This document shows, piece by piece, positions 20,564 to 30,068 of a stretch of DNA of 64,000 nt. The position numbers and the translations under genes are program-made. The DNA lies in the NCBI GenBank assembly GCA_016840065.1, contig JAEOTB010000091.1, forward strand, positions 32,001-96,000, in the 5' to 3' direction. The notes below the pieces were generated by a model, which worked only from the letters and a program-made list of their open reading frames with translations, searched no databases and was not told the DNA's origin. Each line of letters opens with the position of its first letter. Within the stretch, counting starts at the first letter, position 1. Origin of the DNA: Candidatus Hermodarchaeota archaeon. Its GTDB lineage: Archaea; Asgardarchaeota; Hermodarchaeia; Hermodarchaeales; Hermodarchaeaceae.

Positions 20564-21703
20564 TCATGAAACGAAAGGCTCAGGGTGACTTGCAATCATT
20601 TCTGCAACCTCCCGTCTCATAAGAGACTCAGGTGGATTTCGACCTTCTTGGAAATATCTGCGAATCTCCGTTCCACTGAAATCAATATGATTACTTTTGG
20701 GATGAGGGCAAGTCTTCTCGTTAGCGATACTCCTACATTTTGTACAATAGAAGAATGATTTGAAGAGTAGCGGGATAATCTCAAGATCGGGAAACTTATC
20801 GAAGATTTCCTGTGCTGCAAGGGGATGATAGAATTTTCCAACACCCGCATGATCCCTTCCCACAATGAAATGAGTGCACCCAAAATTTTTACGCATTATA
20901 GCGTGATGAATGGCTTCACGGGGTCCAGCGTAATACATTGGTGAGCGGAGAATACTGAGGACACAATTTTCTCGGAGGAAATATGTTTTCATTAAAGTGC
21001 GGTATGCATCAAGGATAACTTCATCGCGGAAATCACCTTGTTTCTTTGGTCCTATTAGAGGGTTGATAAAAATCCCGTCAACAAAGGTTAATGCTGTTTT
21101 TTTAACATATTCATGACCGAGATGTGGTGGATTTCTAGTTTGAAATGCTACTATTGTCCTCCACCTTTTTGTTTTAAACAAAATCCTAGTATCTAATGGA
21201 TACAGCGTTACTTCTTCGAAATTCAAAGGCGGGGAGGAGATTACAGAGAGTTTCCCACCTAGTAGGGTCTTCTCCATGGTATGAGTCCTAGCTACACCAG
21301 GGTGCTCCGAGTCCTGTGTGCCAAACACTTGCTGAGAGAAATACCTTTTGTCAAGCGTGAATTTGTCTTCAACAAGTAGAACAGCAACTGGAGCACCATC
21401 TAGACACAGAACTACTTCGTCGTCAACCGAGAAATCGTTATCTTGATTGACATCGAATACGATCGGTATGGTCCACGGAACATCAGAGAGCAAACGCATG
21501 TCGTCTAACACATTGTTGGTCTCGTCTTCTGTCATGAACCCAGTTAAAGGGCTGAGAACGCCATGCCCGATATTCTGAACTATATCAGTCAATGTTGAGG
21601 ATATGTCAATGGTCTGATATTCGCTGATTTGTACCTTCAGTTTGTCAGAATCTTTGTCGGATAGCAACCGAGAAACAAGGTGACCGCCATGTGCTTGGTT
21701 CAT
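20564..21703 (-). CDS. sat: Sulfate adenylyltransferase
   Basis: AFQTRNPPHLGH, AGPREAIHHA and GRDHAG motifs. Confidence 0.95.
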   Translation of the reverse strand: MNQAHGGHLVSRLLSDKDSDKLKVQISEYQTIDISSTLTDIVQNIGHGVLSPLTGFMTEDETNNVLDDMRLLSDVPWTIPIVFDVNQDNDFSVDDEVVLCLDGAPVAVLLVEDKFTLDKRYFSQQVFGTQDSEHPGVARTHTMEKTLLGGKLSVISSPPLNFEEVTLYPLDTRILFKTKRWRTIVAFQTRNPPHLGHEYVKKTALTFVDGIFINPLIGPKKQGDFRDEVILDAYRTLMKTYFLRENCVLSILRSPMYYAGPREAIHHAIMRKNFGCTHFIVGRDHAGVGKFYHPLAAQEIFDKFPDLEIIPLLFKSFFYCTKCRSIANEKTCPHPKSNHIDFSGTEIRRYFQEGRNPPESLMRREVAEMIASHPEPFVS

Positions 21704-21716
21704 TCTCTTCCCCCAA

Positions 21717-21950
21717 TCAATCCAAATATCCTAGGGCCCGAAGGCGCGCTTTAATGCGTTTTTCATCTTCGGAAGAGAAGGCCTTTTCAGTAGATTGCTG
21801 GGATTCTTCTGCGAAGATTTCTCGAAGAACATAAGTAACGTAATCGGAAACAGAGGAGAAGCCTGTGTCTTCGATACGCGCTTTGATTTTTCCAAAAAGG
21901 GTCTTTGGGATAGAGACGGTCGTGTATTTGCGTTTGGATTTAGGACTCAT
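21717..21950 (-). CDS. CopG/ribbon-helix-helix regulator with C-terminal RLRALGY tail
   Basis: YTTVSIP strand plus two helices (SVSDYVTYVLRE); ends EDEKRIKARLRALGYLD. Confidence 0.85.
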   Translation of the reverse strand: MSPKSKRKYTTVSIPKTLFGKIKARIEDTGFSSVSDYVTYVLREIFAEESQQSTEKAFSSEDEKRIKARLRALGYLD

Positions 21951-21986
21951 TGACTTGTTCTCCTTTTAATTTTGATAGATGGTTAT

Positions 21987-22022
21987 TAATGCCAGGGCAT
22001 TAAATTTAATGTTATGACATTA
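21987..22022. promoter_or_regulatory. Twin palindromic operator candidate TAATG-N6-CATTA x2 over the promoter of the RHH-sat operon
   Basis: TAATGCCAGGGCATTA (21987-22002), AATT, TAATGTTATGACATTA (22007-22022); begins 37 bp upstream of the RHH start. Confidence 0.7.
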
Positions 22023-22125
22023 CACTCTTTCAAATGAGTTCTGCTTCCATCAACGATTATACTAACCAGAAAAAGTCTATCAACCACTGTTCTGGTTGAT
22101 TTTGGAGATAAAACATGAAGGCGAT

Positions 22126-22923
22126 TTAGAACCAGGAGAATAGAGCTATTGCCTTAATGAGAGTTAATGCTCCTAGAAAGATTGTGGCTACACCGATTAT
22201 CCTAGACTGTTGTCTTCCTTCGGTACGCTTGACAAAATAACTACCTAGAGGTGCAGCGATAACTGCACCCCCAAAAAGGAAAATTGTATAGAAAATAAAA
22301 TAAACATCGAAAATCAATCGACCTAGTAAAATGTATAATGTCACGGCAGTTATACTCACTACTGCTTTAGAGACTGTTGTACAGCCAATCGATTGTGAAG
22401 CTTCTCTTCCTGAGAGAATCTGGCCCCCCGCCACTAGTGGAGTGTAACCCCCACCAGTCAAACCCTTATTAATGGCAGCAACCCCGCCAAGAACAACGAT
22501 TTTTCTCCACGAGAAGGCTATTTTGAATTCAACAATAACTAGTATACCCAGCAATAGAACTGTAAGCCCAACATAGGCTTGGATAAGAATAGGAGTAATA
22601 CTAACAAGCGTGTAGAATAATAGAATAGCAGTTACTGCCCCTATCATCCCTGAGATAGAAAGCGCAATCACCATTTTTGAATCGTCGGAGAAGGAGAAAT
22701 TTACATTGCCATGAACTTGAAAGGCAATGGCAGTAGCAATTGATGCACCAATTGAGGAAAATAGAATTGCTGGCACCACTTCTATTACTGGTAAGTTAAG
22801 TAGAATTAATACAGGGGTCAAGAATGTGCCATATCCAAATCCAAATACGGCATCAAGAAATTCAGCTACAAACCCGAGAATGAATAGTAACAGTAGTAGA
22901 TTAAGACCTCCGTCCATTACCAT
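22126..22923 (-). CDS. TauE/SafE-family (TSUP) permease
   Basis: FLDAVFGFGYGTFLTP and GLTGGGYTP repeats, about 8 TM. Confidence 0.85.
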   Translation of the reverse strand: MVMDGGLNLLLLLFILGFVAEFLDAVFGFGYGTFLTPVLILLNLPVIEVVPAILFSSIGASIATAIAFQVHGNVNFSFSDDSKMVIALSISGMIGAVTAILLFYTLVSITPILIQAYVGLTVLLLGILVIVEFKIAFSWRKIVVLGGVAAINKGLTGGGYTPLVAGGQILSGREASQSIGCTTVSKAVVSITAVTLYILLGRLIFDVYFIFYTIFLFGGAVIAAPLGSYFVKRTEGRQQSRIIGVATIFLGALTLIKAIALFSWF

Positions 22924-22973
22924 CCACCTATAGCTATCTGCTAAGTTTTGATTGATGGATTTTTGAATGCAGA

Positions 22974-24905
22974 CTAAACTAATCGTATAGTTTCGAAGTT
23001 TTGAAGGGCGCGAGTTTCAACCCGACGCCTTTGAGCTAAATCTCTATGAAGATGACTGGACAAGTTAATACATTTGGTAGCCTCACCGTGGCATGTGAGG
23101 ACTCGTTCAGGCTTTGGTTGAATACGGCGAGCGTACTCAACGAGTTGACGTCGATCACTATGGCCACTAAACCCTTCAACCGTATGGATTTGCAAATCCA
23201 CATTTATGACTCCACTATGACGTCCACTATTGACCAAGGGGAGTTGGCGTCTTCCTTTTTGTATTCGACGACCTAAAGTTCCTTCAACTTGGTAGCTTAC
23301 AAAGATAATTGAGTTACGAGCATCGCCTGCAAGCTCTTTGAAGTATTCAACGGAAGGGCCGCCAGTCAGCATACCACTTGTTGCAAGGATAATACAGGGA
23401 CCTCCCTCTATTATCTCCGTGCGCGCATCATGACCATCAACTTGAGTAAAGTACTCGGCTGTAAATGGATTCTGGCCTTGGTGGAAGATTTTATCTCGGA
23501 GTTCACGAGCGAGATACTCCGGATGAGCTGTGTGAATAGCTGTAGCTTCAGAAATCATGCCATCAACGAATACTGGTGCTTCCATGAGCGTTTTACGGCG
23601 CATGTGTTCGTCTATGACTACTAGAAGTTCTTGGGCACGACCCACTGCGAGAACTGGAACAAGAACCTTGCCACCCACTTTCAATGTCCGATTGATGTAA
23701 TCGACCAGTACTCTTTCAGAATTCTTACGAGAAGGCATGATGTCACTTGGAGCACCATAAGTCGACTCCATTATCAGAGTTTCAAGGCGTGGAAACTTAT
23801 CGATAGCAGGTTCAAGAAGGCGACTCTTTGCATACTTGAAATCGCCTGTAAACGCAAGGTTGTATTGACCATCACCGAAATGGAGATGAACTATACTCGA
23901 CCCAAGAATATGACCCGCGTTATGGAGTGTAAGGCGAACATCAGGTGCGATATCGGTAACTTCGCCATAATTTAAGGGAATTGTGTGCATGATGAGTTTG
24001 CGAATATCCTTGAGTCCATATGGAGCAACTTTACCTTCCCTATGAGCGACTTCAAGGTAATCAATCTGCAACATCGTCATTAGGTTCTGAGTAGGTGCCG
24101 TGCAATAGACAGGGCCTTCAAATCCATATTTATACAGGAATGGAGCGAACCCACAATGATCCAGGTGGGCGTGGGTAATAACAAGTGCATCGAGGCTAGA
24201 AAGGTCAAGTTCAGGGAGGTCTAGGCGCGGGAACGCATGTTCTGTGGTACCTACGTTGACGCCGCAGTCAACCATTATTGTAGATTCAGGAGTTTGAAAG
24301 AGTTGACACATACGTCCAACTTCGCGGAAGCCACCAAGAGTTGTTAGACGAATCCATCCATTGCGGATGTGGATAGGGCGATGAATCCTGCGACCAATTT
24401 GGCGGAGTATAGTTTTTCGCTCCTCACTTGAGGATTGGATGGCGTGACGAATTTTCAGTATTGTGCTGGAACTTAGCGGTGGTGTACGAATGACAGTGGG
24501 TCTCCACAATGTCTGTAAACGAATTTGTTCTAGTGTACTACCAGTTCTACCAATTACTAATCCTGGTTTCCTTGCTTCGATTATGACTTCCCCAATTGTG
24601 TCATTGAATGCAATGCCAGTAATTTCGGCTTCTTTGGGCACGATTTCACGTATGATGGTTTCAGTTTGCTCGTGGGTCTTTCGGATGATTGGGTCGGATC
24701 GTATTACTAGTCTTTTCCGGAGTTGCTTAGCTAGTGTCTTGATTACTGTTTGCTCACCTAGCGCCTTGGGGTTTCTAGCATAAATTGCGATTTCTGGACC
24801 TTCAAACTCGATACTTGTAACACCTGCGGTTGCAGGGAGTCGCGATAGGAGGTCCTGACGGATTTTTTCTAACGAATCTTCAATTGCCATGTGATTACCT
24901 CGCAC
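22974..24905 (-). CDS. fttA: aCPSF1 (FttA) beta-CASP ribonuclease with KH domains
   Basis: IEFEGPEI, KPGLVIG, HAHLDH and FSGHSD motifs. Confidence 0.95.
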   Translation of the reverse strand: MRGNHMAIEDSLEKIRQDLLSRLPATAGVTSIEFEGPEIAIYARNPKALGEQTVIKTLAKQLRKRLVIRSDPIIRKTHEQTETIIREIVPKEAEITGIAFNDTIGEVIIEARKPGLVIGRTGSTLEQIRLQTLWRPTVIRTPPLSSSTILKIRHAIQSSSEERKTILRQIGRRIHRPIHIRNGWIRLTTLGGFREVGRMCQLFQTPESTIMVDCGVNVGTTEHAFPRLDLPELDLSSLDALVITHAHLDHCGFAPFLYKYGFEGPVYCTAPTQNLMTMLQIDYLEVAHREGKVAPYGLKDIRKLIMHTIPLNYGEVTDIAPDVRLTLHNAGHILGSSIVHLHFGDGQYNLAFTGDFKYAKSRLLEPAIDKFPRLETLIMESTYGAPSDIMPSRKNSERVLVDYINRTLKVGGKVLVPVLAVGRAQELLVVIDEHMRRKTLMEAPVFVDGMISEATAIHTAHPEYLARELRDKIFHQGQNPFTAEYFTQVDGHDARTEIIEGGPCIILATSGMLTGGPSVEYFKELAGDARNSIIFVSYQVEGTLGRRIQKGRRQLPLVNSGRHSGVINVDLQIHTVEGFSGHSDRRQLVEYARRIQPKPERVLTCHGEATKCINLSSHLHRDLAQRRRVETRALQNFETIRLV

Positions 24906-25217
24906 CGAGAAGAAATGAGTTACCTAAACTGATAGCAGTATGAGCATCGTAGAGAAACATGGGTAACCCTTCTACTTGTTAAGGTGTTTCCTCAAAGACT
25001 ATTAGGGAACTCAAATGTCATGGATAGAACATATCGGAGTTAAGAGGAAAATTTTGAGGATTCAGAGAAACAACACTGAACCCCTGTACCTAGTTGAAGA
25101 GGAAAAGGTCAATTATATTTAAGTCTTTTCAGCTGTTATTCAACTCAAGAAAGCAGATACCAAGAGAAATAGGATTATTCAACCAATCTTCCTGAAATCG
25201 TCTTTTTAGAAAGAAGA

Positions 25218-25682
25218 GTGATAACGAAGGTGAAAGTGTTGGCAATAATTACACTAACAGGAAAGCATGTAGCCCGGGTTGGAAATAGTTTTGTATTTTC
25301 AGGACAAACAGGAGAGTGCGAGGGATGTGTACTTAGAAAGGTTTGTTGCGGTAAATTAGAAACTGATCGTGTGTATATCATCATAAATGTACGAGATAAG
25401 ATTCATGATTGCCCACTTCACGAGGAGGGAGTGCAGTTGGTGGAGGTAGAAGAAGCTTCAGTGAAAGTAGCATTATTATCTCAGCAACTCTTTGAAGGGG
25501 CGATTTTCACTTTTCAACCTATTGCGTGTGACCAATGGAGCTGTGCAAATATCGATTCATGTAATCCAGTTGGGCTAATTGAGGGTGATCGGGTTCAAAT
25601 TGTGGATGTTATCCAGAAGTCAGGATTGGAATGTTCTCTCAATAAGAAACTGGGACACGCGCTTGTCCGTAGAGTGCTATAG
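25218..25682 (+). CDS. UPF0179-family protein (likely start TTG 25239)
   Basis: ITL.G, CxxC, HDCPLHEEGV pattern. Confidence 0.75.
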   Translation: MITKVKVLAIITLTGKHVARVGNSFVFSGQTGECEGCVLRKVCCGKLETDRVYIIINVRDKIHDCPLHEEGVQLVEVEEASVKVALLSQQLFEGAIFTFQPIACDQWSCANIDSCNPVGLIEGDRVQIVDVIQKSGLECSLNKKLGHALVRRVL

Positions 25683-25691
25683 GATAGCAAT

Positions 25692-26492
25692 TCAAGTCTC
25701 AGACTTTGGTAGACCTACAGGCCATTCTTCTATGAAAAGGACTTTCGAATACTTGTCTTTCATATAGGTATCAATATCGTGTGTGACTCCTAGTTTCTGA
25801 ATCTGTAATGACTTGTTTAGCAATAAATGAAGATCTGCTGAAATTGTTATTGTCACATTAGAAGCACGTGTTGCCACAGTGATACTCTTTGGGTCAACTC
25901 CGAAGAAGCGGCGATGGACTAGGGCTTGAACTTTTTCTACTGTTTTTGTATACCTCTGGACGAGTGTGACTTCGTATCTTACAGTACGTCCAGCCAATAC
26001 GTGATTGAAATCTACAGTCACTCGCCCCCCTCCAACACGCCGGATAATCCCAGACTGAGAGCCAAGTCGGACTCGCATACCGGGTGCAATTTTGTGCTCG
26101 CTTTTTATTTTGGCTTTGGGAAGGATTTGGACTCGCTTTGGGTCTCGCAGACCAAAGGCTTTCTCAGGTGGCAGGACTACCGGTTTAGTTTCACCGACTT
26201 TCATTCCTATCAGAGCTTCATCGAGACCAGAAGGAACCCAAGCTTGTCCTACTATTATTAAGCGCGGCTGATACATTTCTTCGTCGCTGAATACATCCTC
26301 TTGGCGCGCTATTTCCTCCTTTGTAGTATCGAAAAGCTGGTTGTCTTCCTGAGTATAACCAACTATATCAATAAGGACGAAGTCGCCTGCCACAACAGCA
26401 GCCGAAGCTGCAGCACTTTTACTCTTATGTTTACTTCGAGGTTTTGAGGATTTACTTCTAGACGAAGGCTTTTGTTCTGGCATTGTAGTCAT
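25692..26492 (-). CDS. FKBP-type peptidyl-prolyl isomerase (long archaeal type)
   Basis: FDTT, PPEKAFG and VDFNHVLAG motifs. Confidence 0.9.
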   Translation of the reverse strand: MTTMPEQKPSSRSKSSKPRSKHKSKSAAASAAVVAGDFVLIDIVGYTQEDNQLFDTTKEEIARQEDVFSDEEMYQPRLIIVGQAWVPSGLDEALIGMKVGETKPVVLPPEKAFGLRDPKRVQILPKAKIKSEHKIAPGMRVRLGSQSGIIRRVGGGRVTVDFNHVLAGRTVRYEVTLVQRYTKTVEKVQALVHRRFFGVDPKSITVATRASNVTITISADLHLLLNKSLQIQKLGVTHDIDTYMKDKYSKVLFIEEWPVGLPKSET

Positions 26493-26578
26493 CTCAAGGA
26501 TTCTATCTCGTAAACGCCTTCCGAAGCCTTATAAAATTGTCCACGTTTAATACCGAACCGAACTTCGGTGATAGCTAA

Positions 26579-27754
26579 TTGAGAATATTATTTGTGGTAG
26601 AGTCACATTCACAAAGGGCTGGAGGAGGACCTATTTACTGGGCGGAGCTTAGTAAAAGGTTGATTCAACGAGGACACAAAGTTCTAATCCTTAGCGGTAT
26701 TGAGCCAGGGGCTTCGTTTGCTTCACCGAATACAGTCGGATGCCTTTCGGTGCGACCTGACCTTAGACGACGAACACCTCGTACTTTGTTAAGTCGCTTC
26801 CTTTTTTCTCTGCGCTATATTCCTGCAGTTCGAGCTTTTGCTCACAATTGGAAGCCTGATATTATCCATACGGTTCCTCCAATCGCCTCAGAAGCCGCCT
26901 TTCGAGCAGGAGAATCAGTAGGGGCTCCGGTTGTGGCTTCAGTCCTGTCCCATGTTGAAGCTCAATGGAAAACCTTGGAGGCGCACCCCATTCGTTCTTC
27001 GCTATTTCATTGGCTTGAGCGGCGCTCCCTCCGACACTCGTTCGCCAAAATAATTTGCATCACTCAGCATTCCCGTAGAGTATTATTGTCAGATGGTATA
27101 GCGCCAGAACGTGTAGTGTATGTTCCTCACGCTGTAGATACGGACAAGTTCAATCCTAATGTTCAGCCCGAATTCCGTGAACAGCTAAGACTTGGCTCCA
27201 AAGAGTTTGTACTTGGATACGCAGGCACGCTAACGAAAGACAAAGGGATCGAACAATTAATCCATAGTCTTTCTCTACTCAAACATCACAGGAATCTCCA
27301 TCTTGTCCTAGCGGGAGTGGGTGAAGACCGGCTATTCTTTGAGAAGTTGACGATTAGTCTTGGATTGACGAATGTTAAGTTTCTTGGACGAATCAGTCAC
27401 AATGTTATGCCAGCTTTTATGAAATCGCTTGATTTGTTTGTTGTTCCTTCCTTTACTGAAACGTTACCAACAACCGTTTTAGAGGCCTTATCAACAGGAA
27501 CACCCGTTATGGCCTCGGCTGTTGGCGGTGTTGCAGACTTTCTTCAGAATAAACTAGGAATCCTCATACACAACCCCAACGAAAAAGTGATAGCGGTAAC
27601 TATTGAGAAATGGATAGAGCGACGTTCTGAACTTAGAGAGATGGGAAATCTGGGGCGGAGTTACGTGTTAGAAAACCACTCTTGGCAGAAAACTAGTATT
27701 CAAACTGAAGAAGTATATAGACAGTGCCTTGAAGAAACTAGGAGCGCTTTGTAG
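26579..27754 (+). CDS. GT4 glycosyltransferase
   Basis: ETLPTTVLEALSTGTPV motif. Confidence 0.88.
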   Translation: MRILFVVESHSQRAGGGPIYWAELSKRLIQRGHKVLILSGIEPGASFASPNTVGCLSVRPDLRRRTPRTLLSRFLFSLRYIPAVRAFAHNWKPDIIHTVPPIASEAAFRAGESVGAPVVASVLSHVEAQWKTLEAHPIRSSLFHWLERRSLRHSFAKIICITQHSRRVLLSDGIAPERVVYVPHAVDTDKFNPNVQPEFREQLRLGSKEFVLGYAGTLTKDKGIEQLIHSLSLLKHHRNLHLVLAGVGEDRLFFEKLTISLGLTNVKFLGRISHNVMPAFMKSLDLFVVPSFTETLPTTVLEALSTGTPVMASAVGGVADFLQNKLGILIHNPNEKVIAVTIEKWIERRSELREMGNLGRSYVLENHSWQKTSIQTEEVYRQCLEETRSAL

Positions 27755-27769
27755 CCAGTAGAAACAAAT

Positions 27770-28951
27770 TTACTCAAGCATTCCGAAATAGAGTTTTTCT
27801 AGCTGTCGGGTTGTTGGTTCTCGAGTGAATTTTCTTACTACACGTTCTCTTCCTGCCTTGCCTATTTTTGAACATAACGCGTGATTATCAAGTAGCTTTG
27901 AGATCTTCTCAGCTAATGCGACTGGATTGTTGGGCGGTACTAGATATCCAGTTTTACCATGATCAACAACGTAAGGAACGCCTCCAACATTAGTAGAGAT
28001 AACAGGTTTTCCGCGAGCCATCGCCTCTAACAGAACTATGCCAAAAGCTTCAGATCTTGAGCGAGAAGGAAGTACGAACAGATCGCAGGCTGAATACATA
28101 TCACGTAAAACTTCACGAGAAACCCTACCAAGAAAACGAGTTGAATCCGCAACACCTAATTGTTTACTCATTCTTAGAAGATGGGGATGTTCCGGCCCAG
28201 ACCCTATCAAAACCAGCAGTGCTGACTGGTGTCGCTTCCTCACTCGACGAAACGCGTGTAGAAGCGTATGAAGACCTTTGTAAGGAACGAGTCTTCCAAC
28301 AAACAGAATTAGCTGAGAATCAGATGAAAAACCAAATTTCTTTCTCAAAGCAGAGGTATCACCTAGAGGTTCTAAGAAGAAAGGATCAACAACGGCAGGA
28401 ATTACTGAGGTTTTTTCCTTGTATCTCTGGAGAAAGTTTGAGGTTTCAAGATATAGAGGAGAGGTCACAATAAGGCGGCTGGCAACACCTGCTGCTAAGT
28501 GACGAGATAGCCAATAGATTTGTCCTAGCCACTTATGGAAGGAGGCGGGATTCGGCATAAGGTCGCTAAGAAGAGCGTCCGCATGATAGGTTATAGCTAA
28601 AGGAACATTGAGAAGGCGGCTGACCATAGCAGTAAGATCCACAGTCATTGGAGAATTGATGTGTGCATGAATGATGTCGCTATCATCACGTAGTAGAGCG
28701 GTGAATAGTCCAGGCATAAAAGGATAGGAGAACGGACGGGCTACAGCGCGGTACCTGTGAACTTGGATTCCCTGCCAGATTTCTTGGTGAGGAGCTCCTA
28801 GAGTACGTGAGGTGTAGACTTTGACATGATGACCAGCGTCCACCAGGCCTTTAGCTAGGTTGTATGCATATGTTTCAATACCACCGACTACTGGCGGAAA
28901 ATTATGAACAACCTGTGTGATGTAGAGCTTTCTCTTCATCGGGTGGTACAC
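27770..28951 (-). CDS. GT4 glycosyltransferase
   Basis: PVVGGIE and EAFGIVLLEAMARGKPV motifs. Confidence 0.92.
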   Translation of the reverse strand: MYHPMKRKLYITQVVHNFPPVVGGIETYAYNLAKGLVDAGHHVKVYTSRTLGAPHQEIWQGIQVHRYRAVARPFSYPFMPGLFTALLRDDSDIIHAHINSPMTVDLTAMVSRLLNVPLAITYHADALLSDLMPNPASFHKWLGQIYWLSRHLAAGVASRLIVTSPLYLETSNFLQRYKEKTSVIPAVVDPFFLEPLGDTSALRKKFGFSSDSQLILFVGRLVPYKGLHTLLHAFRRVRKRHQSALLVLIGSGPEHPHLLRMSKQLGVADSTRFLGRVSREVLRDMYSACDLFVLPSRSRSEAFGIVLLEAMARGKPVISTNVGGVPYVVDHGKTGYLVPPNNPVALAEKISKLLDNHALCSKIGKAGRERVVRKFTREPTTRQLEKLYFGMLE

Positions 28952-28981
28952 ATCATATCTTTTATTGGAAAATTATTGAGC

Positions 28982-29476
28982 CTAACTCGCTGTCACATTT
29001 AAGGGTAGGTGAACCCAGATACCCGTGTAACCTACAATAGCCGTTGTATAATCGTAGCGCCATAACTCGAATGTTAAGCGAAAGTTGATACCTAGCGTAG
29101 TCATGTTCAGTTCTGTAGAAAATAACCAACTGTCTCCGTGAAGGAGTATTCGTTCATATTCTTGAATCGTGGGCGCTGAGGATGGATTGGTGCTATTTGC
29201 CATCGTTGTGGGAGAAGCTAGTTTCACATATACATAGAAGTATTGGACAACTCCCATCTGGTTCTCAACTTCTATATAGAGAGAGACATTGCTGTTCTGT
29301 GTGATACTAGTTGGATAGCTTGTTTGTTGGTTTTCATCTAAGACGCTCAGTGTGGGCGTTAATTCTTGTGGAGGAAGTAGCCATAATGAAACGAGTAGAG
29401 TGCTTGTCGATATGACTATGGCAATCATCAGTATTGTTAGAACAGTTTGTCCATGTTTGTTCATTTGCCGCTTCAC
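28982..29476 (-). CDS. Membrane-anchored protein resembling the DUF1616 C-terminal domain
   Basis: N-terminal TM; YP, EVENQMG, RLTFELW and WVHLPLNVT pattern. Confidence 0.55.
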   Translation of the reverse strand: MKRQMNKHGQTVLTILMIAIVISTSTLLVSLWLLPPQELTPTLSVLDENQQTSYPTSITQNSNVSLYIEVENQMGVVQYFYVYVKLASPTTMANSTNPSSAPTIQEYERILLHGDSWLFSTELNMTTLGINFRLTFELWRYDYTTAIVGYTGIWVHLPLNVTAS

Positions 29477-29982
29477 TCCTCTTTTGGAAGGCGAATTTTC
29501 ATTCTTAGGATTTCTCTTGTTTGCTGCCGTCTATGTTTTTTCCACCGCGTTATAAGCATATATGTAATGATTACTGCTGTTACGACTACAACACAAACAA
29601 GGAGTATCTGTGTGGCAGAGTTTGTAAGCGCAATTGCTAAACGTCTTTGCGCTTCATCAATAACACCTTCAGCAGTGTTCTGTGCACTTTCTGCAAGTTG
29701 GATAGCTGTAGTGAATTCTGATGCGTTAAAGGCAGCACGGGCCAAGTTAAGATTATTAATTGCCGTGTTTAGAGCCGATGCTAGATCTGTGATGTCGGCG
29801 CCCGCTAAATCTGTTTGTGTGATTTGGTTAAAAGCTTCATAGATTGTTGTTTGCGCTGTGTCAATAGCTTGTTGTGCCTCGTTCTGAAAATCGGATTGTT
29901 TTAACGCTAAGGCTAGCCCATTTGAAAGGCCAATAATGCTCAAGCACAAGATAAGCACTAGGTAGGTTTTGCAGCGAGGCAT
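29473..29982 (-). CDS. Hypothetical protein: signal peptide, Ala-rich helical bundle, C-terminal TM
   Basis: ORF track; overlaps downstream gene by 4 nt. Confidence 0.6.
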   Translation of the reverse strand: MPRCKTYLVLILCLSIIGLSNGLALALKQSDFQNEAQQAIDTAQTTIYEAFNQITQTDLAGADITDLASALNTAINNLNLARAAFNASEFTTAIQLAESAQNTAEGVIDEAQRRLAIALTNSATQILLVCVVVVTAVIITYMLITRWKKHRRQQTREILRMKIRLPKEE

Positions 29983-30068
29983 CGGCTTTCACTTCAATTA
30001 AGATTACCCTATTAGGAGAGTAAACGTAAAAAGAGTATTGCACCAAGGGAGCAGGCAGGCTGCTTGCG

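Noticed and set aside
24906-25217. Possible C/D-box sRNA in the fttA-UPF0179 spacer
   Set aside because: Only degenerate box-like words; no convincing C/D pair or terminal stem.
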